44,961 nt of DNA from assembly GCF_004010195.1 (NCBI RefSeq), contig NC_057719.1, positions 90,440,515 to 90,485,475 on the forward strand, given 5' to 3'. Positions within the stretch are counted from its first letter, which is position 1. Each line of letters starts with the position of its first letter. The position numbers were made by a program, and so were the translations under genes. Shown piece by piece: positions 1 to 14,030 of this stretch. The stretch is from Chiloscyllium plagiosum. Its lineage: Eukaryota. The notes under the pieces are model-generated. The model had not been told where the DNA came from and did no database searches. It worked only from the letters and a program-made list of their open reading frames with translations.

Positions 1-157
1 GAAAGGGGCTTGCCACAGACAATCACTGTTAATAAGGATGAACCACACCAGAAGGGCTCTCAGAACTGCTTTCCCAATGGGTAGAAAAAGACAACAAACA
101 AATTCAGTATTAAATGATAAAAGTTAAACTATTAACTGGAATATACCCGAGAAGATA

Positions 158-276
158 AGAAACCTGCAGATGCTGGAACCCAAAGTAGACAAACTGGAGC
201 TTGGAAGAACATAGCAAGCGAGGTAGCATCAGGAGGTGGAGAAGCCAATTTTTTGGGTAGAACCCTCCTTCAGGAA
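158..276 (-). mobile_element. Degenerate Penelope terminal-repeat (hammerhead-bearing) short element
   Basis: ctgcagatgctgga...gcatcaggagg...ccctccttcagga aligns by eye with the copies at 1013-1137 and 43388-43540. Confidence 0.6.
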
Positions 277-399
277 TATAGCTGAGTTCAGAGATACCCT
301 TCATGACTAAACAATCTGCCAATATTTACGGAACAAATTGTGCAGTAAAACAACAAAGAACGCGATGGCGAACTGTTTTATTAAAAACAACATAGTGAC

Positions 400-680
400 C
401 CACTAGGCATTTCAAAGGGCAGTTAAAAAATCATCCATATCACTGTGGAGCAAGTTTCAAGAGGGCAAACAGGGTAAGGATGGTATGTTTCCTTCCCTAA
501 AGAAAGTTAATGAACCAGATGAATTACAACAATCCAGTTGTTTCACCACTCACCACTATCCAGACCGGCTTTTTATTTCCCATTTCATTGAAATTAGGAT
601 TCATAGTTATCATTGTGAGTTTTAATTCACTCATCAAGGATAATTGGTCCTGTAACATAACCACAATGTCATTGCCACAA
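400..680 (-). mobile_element. Old SINE-like / LINE-5' head relic
   Basis: Reverse complement matches 34780-35070 (atctggttca..aatgtcctt..ggaaggaaa..ccattctcacc). Confidence 0.5.
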
Positions 681-1012
681 AATACCAATGGCTGAAAAGA
701 GAGTTGAAGAGAGGGATTTAGAGGATGTTTTATGGACAGAAAAGTCTTGGGCAAGTTCATGTGATACTTCAGAAATGAGCAAGGATAATTTTGATTAAAA
801 GAAATCAAACATACAATGGAGGTCTGAACAGAACATTGAGTGGAAAAGAAATGGGCAGCATGGAAATGAGGAAAAGCCAGAATCAAGGATGAAATCTGCA
901 GGATAGTTTTTACATTTTATTCTCAGAAACACAAGCAATGTCAATCAGACAGTGGTGTGAACCAGCAAGCAAATCTCAATATTGGGTGGTAGGAACATGG
1001 ACGGCGAGAGAC

Positions 1013-1137
1013 AAAAAAAAACTGCAGATGCTGGAATCCAAAGCAGACAGGCAGGAGGTTGGAAAAATACGAGCAAGCCCAGGCAGCATCAAGGATGGAG
1101 AAGTCATCGTTTCGGGTGTAACCCTTCTTCAGTGGAC
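1013..1137 (-). mobile_element. Penelope terminal-repeat short element with a mutated hammerhead
   Basis: Minus strand reads CTGAAGA AGGGT TAC ACCC GAAA CGAT followed by gatgctgcctgg...ccagcatctgcag. Confidence 0.7.
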
Positions 1138-1879
1138 AGCAGACAGCAAGATGAACTCTGACCAAAGTCACCATTGCCTAGAATTCATAATGAGCTTTTA
1201 AAAATACATACAGCTTTTATTGAACAGGGATACACGCACAAACACACGTCAGGACACGTTGCTGTGGCTCACCACCAGACACTGTCAACATAACTTCTCA
1301 AAGCCACTCGTCTCTTGCATCTGTGAGAGTAGCTTGCTTTCTCTGCATGGGCAAGCTAGTTATCACACCCACGGCTGCATGCATCTAGAGAGCAAGATAT
1401 CACGTGTAGATGCAACACAATATGTCAAGGGACTACAGTAAAAAAGGGGTGAAAAGCCAAAATCCACAAGGACATAGTTGCAGCCAGAGAACTATGACAT
1501 GGTCGGTCACAGGCAGTCACACAGAAAAAAAAACATTCGACACAGTGAGTACCCAGGAACAATCAATCTCCTGTACTGGATTTCAATAAGCAATTGGAGT
1601 CTATTATTGCTCTGGGAGTTAAAGTGTTTCCACACAATGGAAACTGTATCCAAAGTTTATTTCAGGTCATTCACACCTCAATGCCAAGTTAAAGATCTTA
1701 GAAAATGAAGGCATTCAGCTCTCAAGGGTTTTACAGACATATTTCATATTACTTATGACTATTAAGAGGACAAGTTATGAAGGAAGGTGTGTTGGCCACA
1801 CTACAGCAGGAAAACCAACAGGATTGAAAGTCAAGAAGAATAAATATAATGGTCTTGTAGCCCTTTAACATTCAAGAGC

Positions 1880-2530
1880 ATTACCATTCACCAAATCTCC
1901 TACTAACATCATCCTGGGGTTATTATCGACTAGAAACTAAACTGGACTCGTCATGTAAATGCAGTGGCTACAACAACAGGTCAAAGGTTGAGAATCCTGC
2001 ACTAACTTACCACCTAACACCCAAAAGCCTGTCCATCATCTACAAAGTATAAGTCAGGAGTGTCTTCATTCAGAAAGCTTGATACCATCCAGGACAAAGC
2101 AACCCAACTGATTGGCACCACACCCACAAACATCTACTCCCTCCACCAGAACGCTCAGAACACCATCCCCCGCAATTTCCCTTCCCAACCATTTCACCAT
2201 CCTGAAACATATCACCATTCCTTCAGCATCACTGAGCTAAGATCTTGGACCTTCTTTCCTAACAGCTTTGTGGATGTACCTCCACCAAATTATATTGTAT
2301 TGATTCATTTGGAACTATGAATTACATACCAGGTAGACAAATTATCAATGTGAATAGAAACACTTCACTGATAATATTCACACCTTCACAGGTGGTTCTA
2401 GACTGCTATCTTAAAGGGCAGCATTCCCAATTAGGCATATCATAAAATGGCCTGCAGCGGTTCAGCAGATGGTGACCACTACCTTCTCGAGGACAATATA
2501 ATTGGGCCAGGGGTAACACCACATACCATG
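1880..2530 (+). mobile_element. CR1-group LINE family B, 3' fragments
   Basis: Encodes RKLDTIQDKATQLIG. Homologous to 9645-9770, 28345-28620 and 37810-38085. The tail gcagcggttca..caccttctc is at 2453-2490. Confidence 0.65.
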
Positions 2531-4339
2531 TATAAGCTCAGTGTGGTGAAATAGCTTGAAACTGAATCCCAGTAGGAACGGTGAGAGATTAGAACAAATC
2601 TTAGTGGTAACAACGCATTCCAAAACATGAAACAGATGAAAAGTGAATTAACAGCCACCAGCATGAGAAACCAAAGACCTTCTGGAGCTTATGAAATTGC
2701 ATCTGTAACTTCCAGAACAGAAAACTCCTTAAGTGACTAATAATCCTGGAATCTGCTGGCAGATAGTGTTTCAAGTTCTGAACATTTAATTAAAAGAAAC
2801 TGTACACCAGGATACAGCTGTTACATGAATAAAGCTTCAAAAATGTTCAGATTTCACATTCTGGTGTGTTAACATCTTCCCTTACTTTAAGTTTGATATC
2901 GGTGTTCGCCACAAGGAGAAATTTGCAGACTCAAAGTAAACAAGGTTTACAAGACAATTACAAGTTTTGTCATTTCCTGCTTGACTCAATTTTCTTTTGC
3001 TCTCCCTTCTGTTTAAGGTAGTGACTCATGCTGACATTTAGTGCAACAGGTCTTAAGAGATCTGTTCTACACTCTGGTTTTCTTCATGTGAACTTTGGCA
3101 ATTTGCCAAATAAAGATGTTTACAGATTCATATTTTCAACAGGCTTCATGGACAACAGACAATTTGCAGCAGCAGACTCCACCTTCCCCTTCAAACCCAA
3201 GATTAATTCCATCACGCTTGTAGTATCCAGTTCAAATCCATGATTCTGTAAAGGCCTAGAACCTCGAGCAATGTCAGAGCAATGCAGTGTAGAAATCTTC
3301 ACATTACTCGAGAGCCCTGATGAGACAAGATTAAAGTCCTTAAGGCTTAAGTGTTGCACGATAATTATATAGCAGCTCTGATGCCAAACCTGAACATGTC
3401 TGCAGCATAGGCATCTTCTACATCAAAACATCTGTGGAGCCAGACATGGAGTACTGAGGAGAAATCTCTGAAGAGGAAAGTTTTTCTAGTCTTGATAAAT
3501 TATAGCAAAACAAACTTACAGGGACCATTTTATTGAATTCAACACCCCAACATGACTAAAACTGAAGTTTATTTGGGCAATTTAAAATAACTTACAATTG
3601 AGACCAGCAAGTTGACATGTTTCAACACAGAACTCAAATGATTAATTCTTAGGTTACAAACTTCAGAAAATGCTATTGCAAAAGCTCAAATCAAATAATT
3701 AACAAGACACCACCGATAAACAATACCTTTCCCAAACAGAAACTCATTGCCAAGTGAGATCAAGGCTGAAAGGGAGCTCTTGACCCTTAGACTTTAAGTT
3801 AACTGGGTGTAAACACAAGTGGTCGTTGATTTGAAATCTTAACCTACTCTAATTATAAATGATTTTTGCTTTAAAATATCACATTATTCTTTCGCTCTAC
3901 AAACTGGTTGAAGACACACAAAGAATCACTAAAAATCACTAGTTTAGGAATATTAATATATTGAGATAACTTGCCCTACTCGAGGAGAAATAGAGAAATG
4001 AACATGAACTGTGCCCATGCATTTTCAGATCAAGTTAGCTTAATGAGCCATGCCTGCATATTTCTAATCCCTCACTTTCCTGACTCACTTCCAGTTCAGA
4101 TGGTATCAAATCCATCCCTATACCAATGTGCCCCGGTGCCTTTCCAAAAAAAAAGGCCAAAGTGATGCAGCATGACAAATATTATGGAGATCTGTGTGTG
4201 CAGAGAATTGTTTATGAACAATGATTGAACTGAAATGTTAATTCTATTTCTCTAACAACAGATGGTTTCGGCATCTTCAGCTTTTTAATTCAACGTCCAA
4301 CAAATGCACTATTTGACTTTAAATAAAAACAAAACAAGG

Positions 4340-5000
4340 AATCCTTGGGATGTAGGTTCATAGTTCCTTGAATGTGAAGTCGCAGGTGAACAGGGTAGTG
4401 AAGGTGGTGTTTGGTATACTTGCTTTTATTGGCCAATGCATTGAGTATGGGAGTTGGGAGGTCATGTTGCAGACGTACAGGGAGGGCACATTTGGAATAC
4501 TGTGTACAATTTTGGTCGGGCTGCTATAGGAAAGATATTGCGGTACTTGAAAGGATTCAGAAATGGTTTCCAAGGATGTTGCCAGGGTTGGAGGGTTTGA
4601 GCTATCAGGAGAGACTAAATAGGCTGGGTCAATTTTCCCTGCAGCAGCGGAGACTGAGGGAATGGATAGGGTTCCCACCCACCCCCATCCCAAGAGTAGG
4701 GGAGTCCAAAACCAGGGGGCATGGGTTTAAGATGAGAGGGAAAAGATTGAAAAAGGGCCTAATGAACAACTTTTTTACACAGAGGATGGTGTGTGTATGG
4801 AGTGAGCTGCCAGAGGTAGTGGTGGAAGCTGGGACAATTACAACATTTATAAGGTAGCTGGATGGGTACATGAATAGGAAGGGTTTACAGGAATATTGGT
4901 CAAATGCTGGCAAATGGGACAACATTAATTTAGGATATCTGGTCAGCATGAATTAGTTGGACTGAAAGGTCCGCTTCCATGCTGTACATCCCTGTGACTT
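4340..5000 (+). mobile_element. CR1/HER1-like LINE, 5'-truncated 3' end
   Basis: Encodes HLEYCVQFWS, LERIQK, RGHGFK, NFFTQRMVCVWSELP, typical of the CR1 ORF2 C-terminus; 3' tail present. Confidence 0.9.
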
Positions 5001-8000
5001 CACATATTACTTTATCTATAAACGAATGCTCTGAATTTCCAGCTGGTAATCTGATTTGTTTGTTGAGAGCATCCAGAGATTGTCTGCATCTGAAGTTGTT
5101 ACTCCAAGTTACGAGTAAGTGTGTAAATAATAGTTAATAAAATTAGTGTAAGCAATGATTCTTGTTGCTCACTGACATTTACTAACTAGTGCAGTCAGCA
5201 ATCTTAGAAACTTCTTAAATCGCAGTTTCAAAGACTTGTTTAGTACTCTTCACCAATCCACACATTAAAAAAAGAAACTCAACACGTTAGATACAATTGG
5301 CAGTGTTAGAGTATTCTTTTCTCCATACATTTTACACTGTTTCAGGCTATTCACTCCTTTGAAACAACCAGCAATAGAGAATTGTTCAGTACAAGACCAC
5401 CAGTACAACTATTTTTTCTTCACAAACCAGAAAAACAAAGCATTTTACTTTCTGATAAATAATTGCATCAATCTGCATCGTCAACTCCAACCTTCAACTG
5501 AAGATGCGACCTTAGCCCTCGTCAGCGTTGCACGTTTTGGGGTGGGGGGTTGAGATACAGGTTTACCTTGGCGTCTCCTCAATGGTTCAATAAGCTGGTG
5601 TTCCAAGCAGCAGATCACAGGTTTCATTCACTGCCTTCCCAGACCACTGCCTAAATCTGCAAAATTCAGCTATGCAGATATATACAAGCTTTGGAACTGC
5701 TCTTAAAATGTTAATGATTCCAACTGATTGTAATACTGGAAAAGTTCAATCCCAGAGCAAAGCCTGGCTTGATTGCTCCAAGTTTTATTTTACCTTTTGT
5801 CAAATGTGGAGGTCAGGCCCTGACCATGTATCTAAGTGGATGCAAATGCACTCTTAAAATAAAAGCTTATTACAAGAGAAAAACGTAAACAATATTACAA
5901 CCGACGATTTGAACTATTTGCCAATCTTGTACAAAGATCAGAAAAAAAATCCTTTTGTATCCCAACAATACCCTTACCAACACTCAAACGTCAGTGAAGA
6001 GTCTTTCCTATCTCTATATTAAAGCTTTCTGATCAGCTGACAGGGCTATAATTGGTTTCCATTTAACAAATTGCTACATTCACTGGATACCATTTTCTTC
6101 AGTTACTGTATAAACCCTGAAACCAAACTGTTAGCTCAGCTCATAGACTGCTTAACCATGTCTTCAAAACTTGCCATCAAAACCTCGAAGGGTTCTTCAC
6201 AATCTTGCATGTACAGAGGCTTCTTCCCACTAACGTTTAAGCACCTCTCCCCAGCCTTGACACCTCCGTGACTGCTACTGACAACATCTCTGCTGTTTTG
6301 AGCCTCTTCCCTACACAATAACCTGCTTGTGGCTCCTTTTCCCTCTCTTTTCTGGTGCTTGTAAAATTCAACTAACCAAGCATCTCAGCAATATTCTCTC
6401 CGAGTGACTTGCTGGATATTTACGCAAGTCACAACTTGTAAACACTGTTTTGAACACCACATTCAAACTGACTTTCTGACCTATAAAACAGTCAGATCTT
6501 CACAGAACTGAAAAACTAAAATGCATTTTCCCTCCAAATTAGAACCTATGTTTTTGAATAACGTTAGTGCATTATGAATCTCCATAAGACAAATTAAGAA
6601 ATGGGGCTGTGAAGTGCATTTAGAATTATTACTTGATTTCTACACTATTTTGCTTATTGGCAGCATCCACTAAGAAATTTAGTCAGAGTGATTGAATAAT
6701 CATACTAGAAAAAAAACCAGATCCATAACTTAAAAACAGACAACACAAGTCAGTTTTAAATTTAAAGCAGGAACAAAACTGGCACGGATAGTTTTTTTAA
6801 ATATATGTCTCACAAATCACAAAGTGATCAAACTATTATGACAAATTAGTAACAGGTTATTTATTTAATATACATTAACGCATACAGGATTTTGTAAGCA
6901 CAAATTCCCACCAACAGAACAGGAAATCCAATCAAGGTTATCCACAAGAAGCCGACACCCTGGACTGATAACCCTGGATGACCCAAACCTTGTACCAGCT
7001 TGCCATGTGACCACACCAATTAATTTGAGCAGAGTTCAGCCACACCACAATGCAAAAGCCCAGACAAGCTGACATTTGCCTTTAGTCTAAAACACCGAGT
7101 ATGGCTGTGGAGGCATGATGACTGACAAATCCAGTGCTGCCCACTCACTTTCCTGTTTCCCTGGCTGCAGTCAGAAAGGCTACAGGGATGTTCCAGGATT
7201 TTGCACTGCAGCACAAGAACACAGAAGATGGCTGATTGTACTGACAACATAGTGGGCTGCATGACACTTGTCCAAACATAGCATGCCAAGCAGAAAAAGA
7301 CAACTGAGTTTTCCCAGAACTAGCTCCCAACATTCTACAATGTCTTTTTCATTCAACAGGACGCATTTCTAGACAGAATCAGGTTACAACAGGGGCCTCA
7401 CCAGCTACCCAGAAGATCCTCCTCACTAATTTGTCGAATGACCCATACGATTTAACTTAACACTGTTTGACAATATCAGAAGTAACTGAGACACTTGGGT
7501 GCTGTGCAAAGTAGTTGGTTTCAGACGAGCATGCATCTTTTAATCCACCTTGTGGCCCCACTTTGCTATTATAAACTTCAAAATGTTCTCTTTCAGCAAT
7601 TCAAGTGTTCAACGCAAATCACCCCTGATACATTGTTAAGGTTTATCACAGTTCAAAATTAACAATACCAAACATTCACACACAAACTGAACAACACATC
7701 AACTTAAATGTGAATGACTCATTTTTCCTATTTGTTAAAGGATCTTCAGAATGAATTGCCAACATTTTATAGTCAATTGTCTGTCACTCATCACAAATTA
7801 ACCCAGAAACGGTACTGTATGTAGCTCTGACTTAAGAACATCAACATAGTATCCAATATCAGTGTCCTTTGTTTCTGAACAGCCATTCCTTGAGTGCGCA
7901 GACTCTTTTGCATTTCTGCGTCTCATACGTATCCATGATCTGAATGAAGGCAATAATCTTGCTTTTCAATGGACAAACAAGATTCTCTACACGATTACAC

Positions 8001-9644
8001 TGGTCCAGATGGGAAGATGGATGGAGCACTAATATACTCTGAAAGGTGCACTGTGGGACTGCTCACAGATCCTGGCTGACTTACTTCTACAGAAGTGCTC
8101 CTGATGTCAACACCTCCAAAGGGAACTCTCCAAAAAAATGTCTTCAGCTGAGACTTCGAACTCACTTACCTCGGTTAGTGGGATTAAAATATATGCTTGG
8201 CTTACAATTCTGGCAACACCCCTACAAGTGAGTGCCAAACCTTTATTTCCCACACTGACCAAACTCCCACTGCCCCCCACTCCCAGCACATTCATCAGCT
8301 TGACCATCTTCACCGCTGAACCATTCTGCAACCTTTCACCGATTGCCAGCAGACCCAACCGGATCACACCCTCATCCCCAACCAGGTCAGAACCTAAGCC
8401 AACCTCACCACAAACACCCCTCAACACAATCATCAGTTTCTTTTAAATTCCTGGCTACAAAAGCAGTTCAAAGGCTACAAATCCAGCTCCTAACTCCCCA
8501 AAGACTGCCCATCATCTACAAGACACCTATCAGGCATGTAATTGGAACAGCCAATGCCAGTCCAATCCTGTGAACAAATTTTTAAAAACAAATGGGCCTA
8601 CAAAAGATACAGTCAGAAGCTGTCAAAAAGCCAGAAATTGAGGAAAGGTTCAGGCTAGCAAAATGAATAAAATTGCACAAAGGGCCTGCTGACAATGTCC
8701 AGTCACGAGCAGTCCCAAAGTTTGAAATAAAAACTCTAAGCATGTAGTGACTGAAGAGGTACAGGTTCTACTGTTGAGCCAAGGCTGATGTCTATATTCT
8801 ATAAAACACTGCTAGAGCTATTACAATGTTATTATTTTTAAAAACAATTGTGCTGAAATATTCGTGAAAAATACAATCTCACTACCTCCAAAGATTATGT
8901 AAAATGTTTTTATATAAAAGTACAGGCACAGAATACAAATTTTATAGCTCAATATTGTTAAAAAATTGACGCATAAATTAGCATACATCTTAGAGGTACA
9001 CTCCTTAGAAATGTTAAATTGTTGTCCCTAGATTTTCCAGATTTTTTCAGACATCAAATTGCCAAAACAATCTTGCATTCAGCAGTTTTCCTCTTCCCAA
9101 CAATAATGTACAGCCAAGGTTTCATGGCTGTAACAAAAACTCACACCTTTACACATTTAAGGTATTTGAATCCAAATCTATTCAAAATGACTGATTATTT
9201 CTCTGAAAAAACTGACCTCACTGTTTGGTGTTGATGTGGCACAAGACTCTACTTTTGCCATGATTAAGAAACCTAAACCAAAACTTAGATTTATAGTATA
9301 AGACAGAGATAAAAATCAAAGTTTTGCCCTCTCAAAAAAAACTTCAAACCTTCATCACAACTGTTAATTACACCAAAAACACATCCCGTTACAAACTAAT
9401 GAAATGTTTAAAGGCCATAATGATTGAACCATAAAAGCATTCTCTTGTGAAAATGCTGAAAAAAAATGAAATTCCGATTTAACCACTAATAATTGAAAGA
9501 AAAATAAACTAAGATATGGCAGGTCAGGTTGCAATTCCTCACCTTCACAATTGGACTTTCGTCATTATAATTTTTAGATTAAAAAGGAACAAGAAAACAA
9601 ACTATTTCACGTGACACACAAATTTTATTAAAGTGGACAAGATA

Positions 9645-10385
9645 CAGTGGCTACAAGAGTAGGTCAAAAGCTAGGAATCCTGCAGCAAGTAGCTAACATC
9701 CCGATTCTCAAAGTCTGTGCACAATCTATAAGGTACAAGTCAGGAGTGTGATGGAATAACCTGGACTTTGGTTAGCTGCTGTGCTGTTCCAGCAATAAAG
9801 TTTCAACTTTGATCTCCAGCATCTGCAGACCTCACTTTCTCCACAATCTATAAGGTACAAGTCAGGAGTGTGATGGAATAACCTGGACTTTGGTTAGGCC
9901 AATTTTGGAATATGACGCGCAATTCTTGTCTCCCTCCCATAGGAAGAATGTCATTAAACTTGAAAGGGTTCAGAAAAGATTTACTAGAATGTTGCCAGAG
10001 TTGGAAGGTTTGGCTACAGGGAGAGGCTAAATAGGCTGGGGCTGTTTTCCCTGAAGTGTCAGAAATTCACCAATGTTCGTTAGACAGAACCTTCCAAACC
10101 CATGACGTCCACCATCTGGAAGGAGGACAACAGCAAGTACATGGGAACACCATAATCATCCTATCCAATCTATTCACCATCCCTGGAAATAGTTTTGGAA
10201 ATAGATCACCATGCCTTCAGTATCACTGGATCAAAATCCTGGAATTCCTTCCCCAATGACATTATGGGACGACCTACTGCAGTGGTTCAAGGCGGCAGCT
10301 CACCATTAAGGGCAATGAGGAATTGGATTTAAATGCTGTCCCAGACAGCAGGTGCCACATTCCATCAATGAATAAGAAACAAAAC
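9645..10385 (+). mobile_element. LINE family B 3' portion interrupted by a CR1 fragment (about 9884-10055) and a Penelope tail insertion
   Basis: gtggctacaagag..gtcaggagtgtgatggaata; family B 3' end gcagtggttcaaggcggcagctcacc..aatgaataagaaac. Confidence 0.7.
9776..9841 (+). mobile_element. 66-bp Penelope terminal fragment flanked by a perfect 56-bp direct repeat
   Basis: Its reverse complement is identical to 25851-25904 plus 25307-25337. Flanks 9720-9775 and 9842-9897 are identical. Confidence 0.85.
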
Positions 10386-10429
10386 ATTCACTTCTCGCAT
10401 GCCAAATATGCGACAACAATTTAGATTTA

Positions 10430-10800
10430 CATTGTGTCTTCAATGCAATGAAACATCCCAAAGTCACCCAAGTACACAACAGCACCATAAAACAGATGAC
10501 ACCAATCATAAAATCTAGTCAAAGAGGTGGGCGTGAAGGATGTCTGAAATAAGGAAAGCAAGGTAGTGAAGCTGAGGTCTGAGCAGCCTATTCAAGAACT
10601 TGAGGCCAACACAGCTGAAGGCACAGCCATGCATGATAGTACCAGTGAAACTGTGCTGCACAAAACACCACATTTAGAATGCTGCAGATACAGAGAGTTA
10701 TGAAGCTGAAGCTGGAGAGAATAACAAAGACAGAGATGGGAGTGGCCATGATATGCCTTGAAAACAAAGATATGAATTTCAAAATCAAAATGCAATTCAC
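10430..10800 (-). mobile_element. L2-clade LINE 3' relic
   Basis: Encodes CILILKFISLF / FDFEIHIFVFKAYHG, resembling the L2 motif RIDFKILILVFKSLHG; homologous to 13610-14030. Confidence 0.6.
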
Positions 10801-10807
10801 AACACCA

Positions 10808-11670
10808 CAGGAGATGGGGAAATACTAAACAAGTATTTTGCATCAGTGTTGACTGTGGAGAACGACATGGAAGATAAAGAATGTGGAGAAATAGATGGTG
10901 ACATCTTGAAAAATGCCCATATTACAGAGGTGCTGGGTGTTTAAAACTCAAAGGTGGATACATCCCTCGGTCCTGATCAGGTGCACCCTAGAACTAGGGA
11001 GGCGATTGTTGGGCCCCTTGCTGAGATATTTGTATCATCAATAGTCACTGGTATAGTTAGTAAGTTGGCAGATGGCACCAAAATTGGAGGTGTAGTGGAC
11101 GATGAAGAAGGTTACCTCAGAGTACAAAGGGATCTTAACCAGATGGGCCAATGGGCCATGGAGTGGCAGATGGAATTTAATTTAGATAAATGTGAGGCAT
11201 TGAATTTTTGAAAGGCAAATCACAGCAGGATTTATGCACTTAATGGCAAAGTCCTAGGGAGTGTTGTTGGACAAGGAGGTCATGTTGCAGCTGTACGGGA
11301 CATTGGTTAGGCCAACTTTGGAATATAAGATCAAAAGGGGCATGGATATGATAAATAGATAAAGTCTCTTCCGTGGGGTGGGGGAGTCCAGAACTAGGGA
11401 GACATAGGTTGACGGTGAGACGAGAAAGATTTAAAAGGGACCTAAAGGGCAACTTCTTCATATAGAGGGTGGTGTGTGTATGGGATGAGCTGCCACAGGA
11501 AGTGGTGGAGGTTGGTACAAATACAACCTTTAAAAGGTACTTGGATAGGTATAAGAATAGCAAGGGTTACAGGTATATAGGCAAAGTGCTAGCAAGTGGG
11601 ACTATGGTGGACATGGACGAGTCAGACCAAAAGGTCTGTTTCCACGCTGTGCATCATTACGACTCTACAA
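10808..11670 (+). mobile_element. Internally deleted CR1 LINE
   Basis: Encodes SLGPDQVHPR, SKLADGTKIGG, WQMEFNLDKC and VCVWDELP in ORF2 order, with large deletions between motifs. Confidence 0.9.
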
Positions 11671-12289
11671 CATTGAAAGCACGTATAGAATATAAGATTG
11701 TGACAAGTAAACATATAAATCTGATTCATGTTACTCAAATACATAAAAAACTTGACATAACATATTACAACTTCAAGAACCCATTATGCTGTTACTGACA
11801 AAATAAAGGCAGCAAGTTATGTTTTATAACAATATAGAATTTTAAATGTTTCATTAAACTTGTATGATGTGCAGTCTTTTAAACAGATACATGGAAAGGC
11901 ATAACTACTAGTGAAGTAACAAAAGGGAGACAAAACTGGTCATTTTGATCAGATGCAAATCCAACTTCTGCTTGGTAGAAAGTCAAGGCAGGAACATCCC
12001 TGCATGGTCTCCGCATGCAAAGTACTTCAGATTTATCTTAAAGTTTTGCAGGATCACAGACACAAATGATGACAAATTAGATTGCATGAACAATTATAAA
12101 TTTCTTTAGTCAGACACAAGATGACATCAGAAAAGGGAGGAGGAAGCAAACTATACACAGTCATCAATTTGGCTCCACCAAACTTCATCTAGCCAGATAT
12201 TACAGCAAGTATAGAGCAAAAGCAGGTAATTACCTTAAATATTTTGGAATACTTTAAGTAAGTAATAACAATTTCCAGGAAAGTATGTG

Positions 12290-12830
12290 ACTAAAGTGAA
12301 AATAACTTGATCAGCTAAGTGGGGAATTAATTGAACAAGCATTTAGAAAGTCAAATTTCTCTGATTTACCAAAGAAACAGATAGTCAGAAGTCAACAGAA
12401 GGTTTAGTTCAGACCAAGAAAAGTCACAACAGAAAGGCAACATTTTTTAGCTTCAAAAGTTCATGTGAGTCTCCTGGCCGTAAAGGTTTGTGCAAAGTTC
12501 TCTGGCTATCACAGCTGAAAAGACAACTCCAGGCTAATAGAAATGAAAAAGAAAGAAAATAGGACTGGCACTTCACTGGGATTGAGTGTCTGCAAAGAAT
12601 ATTGCTGAGAAAATGGCTAATTTTATTTTGTAGTTTATATTAGCACCTTTCTACATTGTCTTATAGCTTTTAATTTGCCTTTTTGTTACATTTATGTTAT
12701 TTTGTTAAAAGAATCTTAGCAGCTTTGTGTGAATATATTCAGTGTCAGATCACCATTTATCAAACTGATAAAATTAAACCTGTGGTGTGTTTTATTTTGG
12801 GATCTCATTTAACATCAGCTGGGATCATAC
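12290..12830 (+). mobile_element. Possible degenerate solo LTR
   Basis: Ends in ...aacatcagctgggatcatac, resembling LTR 3' ends as I recall them; no partner LTR or coding sequence here. Confidence 0.3.
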
Positions 12831-13609
12831 CTGCAGCTTCTTTGTGTTCCAAAATGATCTACAACCAATCAAGTATTTCACAAGGCAGTCACCATTTACA
12901 GGAAAACTTAATGATTTGAATACAAGGCACCATGATATGTGCAAGGTGGTCACAGTTTTCATTCCTCGGCACTCAGGTCACTTGCCCTCTTAATTTCTAA
13001 AACCTCATCATACAATTAGGGACATATTTTAAAATTATTGTGCAAGTCAAAACCTGCTTTGCACTGTTTCTAGAGTTGATCAAATCACAAAACCACCAAT
13101 TTCCCCATGACCACCACAAATCACAGCCACAAAATCAGATGTCTTTTCAATAAGCTTTAAAGTAAAGCTTCAGAATCTGTGGTTTAATATCTTGGCAAAA
13201 TTAACAGAACAGCAGCCATTGAGGTGAGATGCCAGAGACTCCACAGCAGATATACAAAGTCATAATTTACATTTACAGCACAACGCTGGCCCAGACCACC
13301 TCAATGGAGCCACAGTTAGCCAAAAGATCAAAAACCACTTAAAAACTGTACGCAGAACACAAATAAGCCTAAACACTCCTAAAGTATTGGCCTTTACCTA
13401 AAGGACTTTGAAATTGAAATATGACAAAGTTAGGCTGTAGTCAGATAGAGCCTTGGCCAATCTGCAAAACTGTGATCAGATTTGGACACCAATTCAGGCT
13501 TAAATAGCACTCTGAAGGTAATAGGTTTTCCCATTGTAATTTATATGGAACTGGGCAAGAAAATAAGTCAGGTAGGGAAATAACAAGGCAGATAACCAAA
13601 AGTTTGTAA

Positions 13610-14030
13610 AGAGTGTAAAGAAGGAAAATGAGAGAGGAACAAAAACGCTCACAGACAATTCCAGATCTTAAGAGTTCAGGCAGCTGAAGGCACTACCACC
13701 ACTAATATGGAAATTAACATTGAGAAAGCATAAGAGGCCAGAAATGGAGAAGCTCAGAGATCTCAGATGGTTGTTGGGCTGAAGGAGATTACAGAAACAG
13801 AGAGGAGTGAGGCCATGGAAGAATCTGAAAACAAGGATGAGAATTTTAAATCTTGCTTCACATGTAGCCAATAGAGGCCAGGGAACACTGGGTGAAGAGA
13901 CTTGCTGCAGATTAAGAAATGACCAACAGAATTCTGGAAGATGTCAAGTTTGCAGAGAATCGAATCAAGAGTATGTTGGAAAATTTGCCTCAACAGATAA
14001 CTAAGGCATTGGTCTTGAGACAAGTGGTGA
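13610..14030 (-). mobile_element. L2-clade LINE 3' relic
   Basis: Encodes LYWLHVKQ / FKILILVFRFFHGLTPLCFCNLLQP and GGSAFSCL, the L2 ORF2 C-terminus. Confidence 0.8.

Noticed and set aside
8107..8573. Pro/Thr-rich and Gly/Val-rich ORFs
   Set aside because: A by-product of C-rich low-complexity sequence.
9720..9897. Repeat-spacer-repeat resembling CRISPR
   Set aside because: Only two repeats, eukaryotic context, and the spacer is a Penelope terminus.
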